Origin: Gekko japonicus
Lineage: Eukaryota
DNA length: 64,000 nucleotides
Assembly (NCBI RefSeq): GCF_001447785.1
Contig: NW_015173128.1
Location: forward strand, 735,697 to 799,696
Direction of reading: 5' to 3'
The position numbers and the translations under genes were made by a program. Shown here piece after piece: positions 55,581 through 64,000 of the stretch; positions within the stretch are counted from its first letter, which is position 1, and the number at the start of each line of letters is the position of its first letter. The notes below the pieces were generated by a model. That model saw only the letters and a program-made list of their open reading frames with translations. It was not told the DNA's origin and made no database searches.

Positions 55581-58500
55581 CCCACCTGCTGGCAGGGGAG
55601 GCTCCCTGCAGAGACAGATGCTGCAACACTAAGCATTTCTCAAGTGACGGACCTAGATCACATGACCTCTGGAGCCAGGACCTCTGTGGATCACTCTCAT
55701 TCCTATTTATGCACAAGGAAGCTCTGCTCTGCCACTGGAAACTTTTCCAGTGGGAATCTTGAATTGGGGCTCTTTCAGAGCTGGTATTGGCAGCGTGGTT
55801 GCTTGCAATCCACTCCAGGGAAGCAGAGCCGCTGCTGGTAGCCACCTTTGTAGCACTTCTGCATTTATTTTTTTTGCCTAAGGAATGCATTGTAGTGACC
55901 ATGATTTTCTATAAGCTGTTACAACGCCATAAAGGTGGCTTCAGAACCTCTTTCACTTCTGCCTTTGTTCAAGTCCCACAGTCTTGCTGCCTTCTCGGAA
56001 GCATTTAAACATCTCCTTCTAAATAAGGACTTCAAATTAGATAATATTGGCAGGTCACGTGCCACAAAGAAAACAGGACAGGAGGATTGTTGTATCCAGA
56101 TGTGAGAATCTCTGGTTGAGGCTGCAGCCTGTGCAAAATAAAACCAATATGTTTGTTTTGTTTGAATTCTCTTGCACAAATACTGCTTCAGAATATCTAC
56201 AGTTTTCTACGTGAGAATGTAGAATAGCAAAAGGTGCATTTCTGCACTTAACAGGATAACTTTTGGTCTGTCTAATATTAACTCATACCATAACTAAGAG
56301 CCGGATTTCCCAAACTGGTGCCAAATGAGATTTTTTTTTGTTGGCTCGTTTTTTGGGGTCAGCTTTCTTGTGCAGTTGTAGTCTGGAATTTTTTTTAAAT
56401 GGCCTTTTAATAATAAATTTAACCTAGACACTACTTTGACAGTTCATAGGGCCACTTAAGAAAAACTTCCCCACCATCCTCTCACCAGCCTGAGTTTGTT
56501 ACTACAGATCTCAGTTCTTCTGTTGACATCTTGCTGTTCAGTTGTTCTGTGTCCAAACCATGCAGCGGTCCTATTTTGGGATAGAGGCTGTGTAGTGGTT
56601 TTTGTCACAGGATCTGAGGAACATGTCTGTCTAGCCTTTTTTGAAAGCACTTTGGTTTGGGGGTAGGTGGGGCTTGTATGTAGTGGGAAGTGTGAGAAGC
56701 TGTTGCAGAGTAGCTGTTGGGCCACAAAATCTGCCTTAGATCAGCTCTTCGCCTGTGCCATTTTAAAAAAACAAACCACATTTTTACAATCTTGGTTTAT
56801 TGAGGGAGAAAACTGGATTCAGTTGAGTGAATTATTAACCTTGGCAAGCCATGAAGGTAATTTGCTAAAGAATGAGGATTGGCTCTCTATTAATGGGATT
56901 GAAGTAATTTCTCCAGAATGCTAGCTGGCAAGGACAGAAGACATGTTGGTTTTTGACCAGAGAATGGACTCTTTCCCCATAGCGTATGTTGGATTCTTGT
57001 CTTTGGTTTTCTCCCCTCCCCGCCAATGCTCCTTCTAGGCTGTGAAGTTTTGTGAGCAAAAATTCTACTTTGTGAGCTACTGGGATTAAAGTTGTGAGTG
57101 AGCGATTTGGCTACTGCATAAATCAGTTTGCTCTGGAGACATCTTTCCTGTGCTAAGATAAAAATGTGTGCGCCCGAGGCTAAAAAACTTTGAGCTAGTT
57201 CACACTAACTCAGCTTAGAGGGAACACTGCTCCCCACCCCAGTACATGCTTGCAAAGGAGCTGTTCCTTAACGAGTCTGAACTCTGCCCAGAACAAGCAA
57301 GTGTCTATTTATTTGTGTTTTGGAGCTCCTCTCCTGGTCTCTTGGGTTGGTGGTGGCTTGTACATTTTATCTCCACGTCAGAATCAGAAACACAAATGAG
57401 ATTCTCTGTGGTGCCCCAAGCCTAAAAGTAAACTATCTAACAAGATGATTCCCAGCTTGCCAACAGTGTGAGTCTTTGATATGCCTTGGCAGCTTTGTCC
57501 CGTGGTTTAGGGATTCTAAAAAAAAGATTTTCCTAATAACCTTTAGCCTCCCTTCGGAAATGTCAAGTTTGGCTTTGAACTTGGGCATTAGTTTCCAGCA
57601 GTTATGATAGAATAAGTTTGCCACTTTAGCTGGGGTTGTGAAGAGTCGGACTCAACTGTGTGACTGAACAACAACAACTACAGTCATATGATATTTAGGC
57701 ACACACTTAAACTGTACAGTTGTATTCCAGCCTTCGTTACTTTAAATTTAAAATTATTGAATCAGTATAGTGTGGGGCCAATTTTCTGCATTTTAAAATC
57801 TGCTCTGTCTCGTAGATTTTGCGAGTAAGTGCAGTGTGACGGCTACCCTATTGGATTTAGACTAGCAACATCTGGGTTCAGAAATCCCTACTTAGCCATG
57901 AAGCTCATGGCATGGCCTCGGGCTAGTTGCTGTTTTTTGGGGGGGTTTTTTGCTAACCTACCTCACAAGGTGTTTTCGAGGCTAAAATGTGGGGAAGAGA
58001 ATTCTATGAACAGGATTTTAAGATAATTAAATTCTGGGTCATAAAAATGAGGTAGGAAACCAAGTGCCTGAGCCTGTTAATAACTGCTTGAGGTTAGACC
58101 CATCTATCCTTGGGCCCATTGTGGGTTTCTGTGACATTACCCCAGACACATTCTGCCTTAATTGATCTTCAGGGTGGTTTTTTTTTTTTTTTTTACTATC
58201 TGGAGCTATGTAGGCTTTCTTTTAAAATTAAAAAATAATAATGTAGATGACCATCTCCAAACCTTTTCCAAACATTTATTCCTCCTGCCATGTTTCAGGC
58301 CTTGGGGATTTCTCCCCCACCATTTCCCCACAACCTTCTTTATCAAGCAATAAGTGGTGGTTGAGCATCACAGTGGGCCCTTTCACTTGCTTAAGGAGCT
58401 TGTTCAAAAATTGGCTAGTACTGCAACTGCGAGGCAGATTCTGCCTCGCTAATGGGGACCGGGCAGCCTCTTTGTGGCAGCAACTGATGTACAGCTTTTA

Positions 58501-58999
58501 GATGGATGAAACGGCACCTGCCCAAGCCCTTTGTACCCGTTTGCCTTCCCATCTCAGTGTCTGCCTCTCTGGCACCAAAGTGTAGCCTCCTGCAGCTGCT
58601 TTTCTGTACCCTTTCTCACTGATCTTCGATCCACGCACAGTGTGCCTTTTGAAAACAGATTTTTGCAGGGAGGCACTTGAATGGAGAATGACACTCAGTT
58701 GGTGTAGCTGATGACAACTTTGTATCTTTTCCCACACCAACAAATCTCATCTGCGTGTGTGTACGTTTTGTTTTATGTGTACATTGGGATCTCATAATCT
58801 GTATAAAACTATTTTATGATGGCTCTTGTGTCATGTTTGCTTCACTGATTGCCATGTTCTTTGAGAGGTGGAATAGAAAGTCATTGACCTGGCGGCGTTC
58901 CTGGAATCTTCTAGTTTCCTCCTGTCTGTGTGCCTTTAAAGAGGCATTTCCCTTTCAGGTAGGGCTACACCTAACCTGTCCCTTTTGGTGATAGATACA

Positions 59000-59367
59000 G
59001 AAGAAGAGTTGGTTTTTGTACCCTGCTTTAATCATGTTGGCCACACGACCACGGAAACATCTTCGGACAGCACTGGCTCTTCAGCTTGGAAACGGAGATG
59101 AGTACCGCCCCCCTAGAGTCGGACTTGACTGGCTTTTTGAGCAGTGGAAAACTTTACCTTTTTTACCACCTGAAGGAGTCTCAGAGCAGCTTACCATTCC
59201 CTTCCTCTCCCCACCACAGACACCCTGTGAGGTAGGTGGGGCTGAGAGTTCTGAGAGAGCTGTGATTGACCCAAGGTCATCCAGCAGGCTTTATTTGGAG
59301 GAGTGGGGAATCAAACCCGGTTCTCCAGATTAGAGTGTCGCTCTTAACCACTACACCAAACTGGCTC
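59000..59367 (-). mobile_element. Squam3-like SINE with a Sauria-SINE 3' piece inserted (~59033-59165, +)
   Basis: SINE tail is split by a GAGATGAG..GAGTCGGACTTGACT..TTTACCTTT segment. Confidence 0.7.
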
Positions 59368-59957
59368 TGGAATGTCACTCTCGCAAAAAAAAAAAATGGT
59401 AGGAAGGATAACAAGAGTCTGCCCCTGAGGTACATGTTAATAATAATAATATACTTTATTGTCATTGTACATAGTACAACGAAATTAAAGATGCAATCAT
59501 TTCAGTGAACCATACTCATATACACTCACACAACCATTCACAACCATCCCATAACTCCCCTTAAGGTTCACATTGCAACTTAAACCACCAATGTCACCCA
59601 AATTCCAACATTTTAAAAACCTTTACTGTATTCGCATTTCCAGAAGCACAAGTGTATACCTGGGTTGGAGTGAATGAATTCCCCATACCCCCTTTTACCC
59701 TATTTATTTATATATTAGATTTCTATTCTGCCCTTTTCCAAAGGCTCAGAGCGGATATAACTGACATTACTTTCTTGAGTTTCCTGATGCTTGCTTCACA
59801 ATTATCATACTGGGTTTCAAGTGTTTCCCCTCCCCTTTCCTTTTGGTTGATTTTGAAGTACAGAACTCTTAACTTGTGAATGCCAGTAATAAAATGGGGA
59901 GGAATAAAAGGGCTCACAAATAGTATCTGAAATGAAAAGTGGTGCATCATAGCTTTA

Positions 59958-59963
<6 letters not shown>

Positions 59964-59998
<35 letters not shown>

Positions 59999-60660
59999 TC
60001 GACTTACTATACCGCCCTAACCCCGAAGGGTCTCTGGGCGGTTTACATGGTATGTTCTAAGAACACTCAATCCCTGACTAAGGCCACATGATGTAGGGGT
60101 GGGACTGCCTACCTGCACCCTAGTGGTGGACCTGTTGTAGCTTCTGGCTCGGCATTTCTTTCCGGTGGTCTCTGGCGTCCCCCTGGAACGACTGCTTCGT
60201 TGGCGGGACCGTTCCTGGTGCATGCCCATGCTCGCTCTGGCCTCGGCTCCATCCTATTCGGCTCTGCCGTGCCCACAAAACATGTCATTGTGCGTCTTTC
60301 TGGTCTCCGCCTCCGCCGTCGTCTGCCGCTCGATGTACCGGCCACCAGGGATTGCTCTGCTGGCTCTCGTTGCTGCATCGCCACCACGCCTCACCATCCA
60401 GGCTCTGCCGCTGCCGATGTTCTTGCCGCCATAGGTGCTGCCGCCACCACACACCTCAACGGAGGAGGGTGCCCCCCACCCATCTAAGGGTGGGTACCCA
60501 TTTGCCTACTCGCTTGATTTAATTGCTTTCAGGCCGCTGGGTGGGCGGGAGCTGGGACTAGGGCCAGGAGCTCACCCCGGCCGCGGTGGATTCTCGAACA
60601 GCCATAGTGGCTGTTCCTAGTTGTTACTAGCAGGCATTAACCATCTGCGCCACCGCTCCC
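59964..60660 (-). mobile_element. Chimeric retroelement (Sauria-like head, L2-like tail)
   Basis: Reverse strand: GGGAGCGGTGGCGCAGATGGTTAA head, GAGCTCC..CCAGCTCC core, TGTAAACCGCCC..GGGCGGTATA tail, (AAT)n. Confidence 0.65.
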
Positions 60661-61899
60661 ACAATTCTGGAAATTGTTCTGGAAATTTTAAATGGCTTGC
60701 GGTGAGATTCCTTCTCACACACAAGTTCTTCAAAACGAGAGGGATGCAAGATGAAGTGCTTCACACATTGTGTAGCCTTACTAATAATGAGTAATTGGCA
60801 TCCAGGTGTATTTTATTTTTAAAGATTATACTGTTCATGGCATGGAACTCCTGCAAGTAAAGTCACATTAGTTGATCATCTTCCTCTAGTTCCAGAATTC
60901 TTTTCTTAGGTGGCTAATGTAACACTTAAAATAGACTGCAAATAACCACTTGGGTTCTAAGGCACTTTAAAGCTTAGCTTGAGCCTTACTTTGTAACAGA
61001 TAAACTGATCCTAATAAAAACAGCCTGAGTAGCCCACCTTAGCTCAAGCCTGTGAGAACTTTGAAGCTAAACAAGGTTGGCCTCGGTTAGCTCTCGAAAG
61101 ACCTCCAAAGAAGACGGGATGCTATGTGGAGGAAGTCGGTGGCAAACCACCTCTGTTCATTTCTTGCCTGGAAAGCCCTGTGAATGTGGGGTCACCATCA
61201 CCATGACTTGGTTGTGATTTGATGGCTTGTTCTGGCAATAAATAATCTAACTTTCAAAACTTATTTCCATGGCTACTCATTTTGGTGGCTTCAAAAGGTG
61301 ATCAGACAAATTCAAATGAAGAGCTGCCAATTCTGGGTTGGGAAATTCCTGGAGATTTGGGGGGGGTGTACCTGAGGAGCATAGGGTTTGGGGAGAGACC
61401 TCAGTGGCATATAACACCTTAGACTAGAGTCCATCCTCCAAAGCAGTCATTTTCTCCAGGGGAACTGATGGCCGGAGATAAATTGTAATTCTGGGGGATC
61501 CAGGACCCATCTGGAGGTTGGCAGTCCCAAGGAGGGTCTCCCAATGTTCAGCGAAAACAAGAGGACTCCCGCATTTCCGTTTCCCTGCTCGTGTGCCTTG
61601 TTGGGCATGTGTAGCTGATGGCACAACAGACACAGCAGGGTTGCCAGCCTCCAGATGGGGCCTGGGGAATCTCCCGCTTTTACAACTGATCTCCAGCTGA
61701 CAGAGATCAGCTCCCCTGGAGAAAATGGCTGCTTTGGACTCTAGGGCATTGTACCACGCTGAGGCCCCTGCCCTCCTCAAACCCTGCCCTCTCCTGGCTC
61801 CACCCCCAAAGTCTCCAGGTATTTTCCAGACCTGGCACCCCTAAGACACAGTCTGATCCATCACCCCTCATGGTTTTTTTTTCTCCCTTTAAACCAGCT

Positions 61900-62198
61900 G
61901 AAGGGCAAAGCGGTATAGTAGCGGCCCTTTCGGCCTGCATTCTCCGGCCTGAGCTTTGCGGCCAGGGGGGGCGCTACAAGACATTCGAAGAGCCGGCTTG
62001 GTCTCTCCGGCTCTCTCATGCCTCCGAGGCCGGAAGTACGGGGCGGAGAGGCGCTCTGGTCCCCGTCCTCTCTATAGTTCGGCGCGCAAGCCGAAGAGGG
62101 CTGACGTCGGACAACAAAGATGGCGGCCGCGGGAGGGAGCAGCAGCAGCAACTACTGGGAGGGTGAGGGAGGAAAGCTGGGACGGGAAGGGAAAGTCG
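61900..62198 (+). promoter_or_regulatory. GOSR1 CpG-island promoter
   Basis: ETS site CCGGAAGT (~62030), CRE-like TGACGTC (62102), YY1-type AAGATGGCGGC overlapping the ATG. Confidence 0.7.
62120..62162 (+). CDS. GOSR1: GOSR1 (Golgi SNARE GS28) exon 1 coding part MAAAGGSSSSNYWE
   Basis: aaagATGGCGGCC start, ...NYWE G|gtgagg donor; matches the GOSR1 N-terminus (YWEDLRKQ); synteny with CPD. Confidence 0.92.
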
Positions 62199-63881
62199 NN
62201 NNNNNNNNNNNNNNNNNNNNNNNNNNNNNNNNNNNNNNNNNNNNNNNNNNNNNNNNNNNNNNNNNCCCTGGGAATGTGGGGCAGGATTGGGAGTAGAGGC
62301 GGGGTGCGCCTTGAGGAAGGCCGAGAGAGAAATGAAGGTTGGGGAGAACTAGTGATAAGAATAGGTGGGGATCCCCTCTGTCCTCTAGAGGCGATCTGCC
62401 TGGCATGGCGAGGAACTGTCAGTCTCAGGAGAATGGGGGGGGGGGGGGGCAGCAGGAACGAGGCCAGTAAAAGGGCAGAAGAAGGGTCTTTTTACCTGCT
62501 TAATTTTCGCCTTGCCCTCCGTCCAAAGAGGGAGGGTCTTGAAGGGGGTGATTTGCGGGGAAAGGGGGACGAGATGGGTTTCGCGAAGGGGCTATGTTTG
62601 CGTGAGGCACCTCTCCGAATGCCAGCTCCCTTCTGGCACCCCTCTGAATGGCAGCCCGCAAGCAGGGTGACCCGTAGAGAGGAATAATCTTGAGACACGG
62701 AGGATCAGGGTTGAAGGTTGCGAAGGGGTGTGTCGTTGCGTATTTCTGGTTGAAGGGGGAGGATTGTCAAAAGGGCAGAGGAGGTTTCTAAAGTACTGTG
62801 GGGTGGAATTGTTGGTGAGCCCAAGTCTATGAATGGGGTCATTTGTGCTGAGGAATGGTATATAAAAACAGAACATCGGAGAGTGGGGGAAAGATCCATG
62901 TGTGTGTAGAAAGGGAGTTAATATATACACCCGGTTGATGCTTCCCTAAGAGTGACTGTGATACACGTGATGAATACAGAACTAAGGCTCTTGGGCAAGA
63001 TCACACCCCCATACCGTTTTAATGCTCCCAGGGCAGCTGTTGCTTCTGGGTTGCTTTATGTCTCCTTTCTTCTCCTTTTCTGTAGCGACTTTGCGTTAAG
63101 CCCTCAGTCTAACCAAAATGAAGCCCAAGTCTATTGTTGTATTCATGTCTTTTTTATTTTATTTGTATACTGCCCCCCCCCCCCAGTTGGGGCCCATGGC
63201 AATTGGCAACAAATTAAATGTTGTAATAACATATACAAGATAAATATTGTAATAACATATAATTGCTTGGGTCTTGCTTTGGTGTCTCCTGTTCTTCTCC
63301 TGGCTTTTGAATTTTTACTTTTGAAATTTAGTTTGTAAACTTCTTAGAGCAGAGACCTTTTCTTTCTCTGTGGGCTGATGTTACTGTGTCAAGCACCATG
63401 AACTTATAATGATGCCTCATCCTGAGTCAGGGAATTGGTCCACAACATAGCTCAGAATTGTCTGCTCTGACTGGCAGTTGCTCTGCAGGGTCTTAAGCAG
63501 GCGTCTCTCACGGGTCTGTTTTCCTCGGATCCTTTTAACTAGCTGTATTGGGAATAAACCTGGAACCTTCTGCATGCAAAGCAGGTGCTTTACCACTGAA
63601 CTACATCTACTGCTGTTTCTCTTTCTGCATAAACGTGCTCCTTTGCTACTTGCTCTCTGCTGTCACACATTTTACGTTACATAAGCAGTATGCTTTCTTC
63701 TTGAGCATCTGCGATGGCTCATACATTAATTGTTGTATATTGCAGGCTGATGAGGCAATGAGTGTCTTGCAGGAATGACCTGAAAACCTCTCATTTTTCA
63801 TACTGGGAGGGATACAAAGGGAGGTAAAGAAGAAAGATCCTCTCTCTGAACTCCCTCTCTCTCTGAACTCTCCTTGTGCAG

Positions 63882-64000
63882 ATCTGCGGAAGCAGGCTCG
63901 GCAGCTCGAGAATGAGCTGGATCTCAAACTCGTGTCCTTCAGCAAACTATGCACGAGCTACAGCCACAACAACTCCCGAGAAGGAAGAGCTGACAGATAT
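63882..64000 (+). CDS. GOSR1: GOSR1 exon 2 (runs off the window end)
   Basis: (D)LRKQARQLENELDLKLVSFSKLCTSYSH after a tgcag acceptor. Confidence 0.96.
   Translation, partial: MCGSRLGSSRMSWISNSCPSANYARATATTTPEKEELTD

Overview
This is vertebrate genomic DNA, most likely from a squamate. The Sauria-type SINEs, tRNA- and 5S-derived SINEs, BovB/RTE tails and CR1/L2/L1 fragments fit a lizard such as a gecko (inference). It carries the conserved amniote block TMIGD1 (- strand; 5 coding exons, 261 aa), CPD (+ strand; 21 coding exons, 1368 aa, all GT-AG junctions in frame) and the first two coding exons of GOSR1 (+ strand). Five observations stand out. (1) A ~305-bp stop-free internal piece of NEUROD6 coding sequence is captured inside a tRNA-SINE in a TMIGD1 intron, with break-repair-like junctions. 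(2) CPD intron 19 holds a degraded stretch whose translation gives collinear motifs resembling bornavirus nucleoprotein (candidate EBLN). (3) Three CpG-rich chimeric retroelements join a Sauria-SINE-like head to an L2-like tail. (4) A SINE tail abuts or overlaps the TMIGD1 stop codon. (5) A tandem duplication copies the CPD exon-17 splice acceptor. All homology calls rest on recalled sequences; no database search was run.
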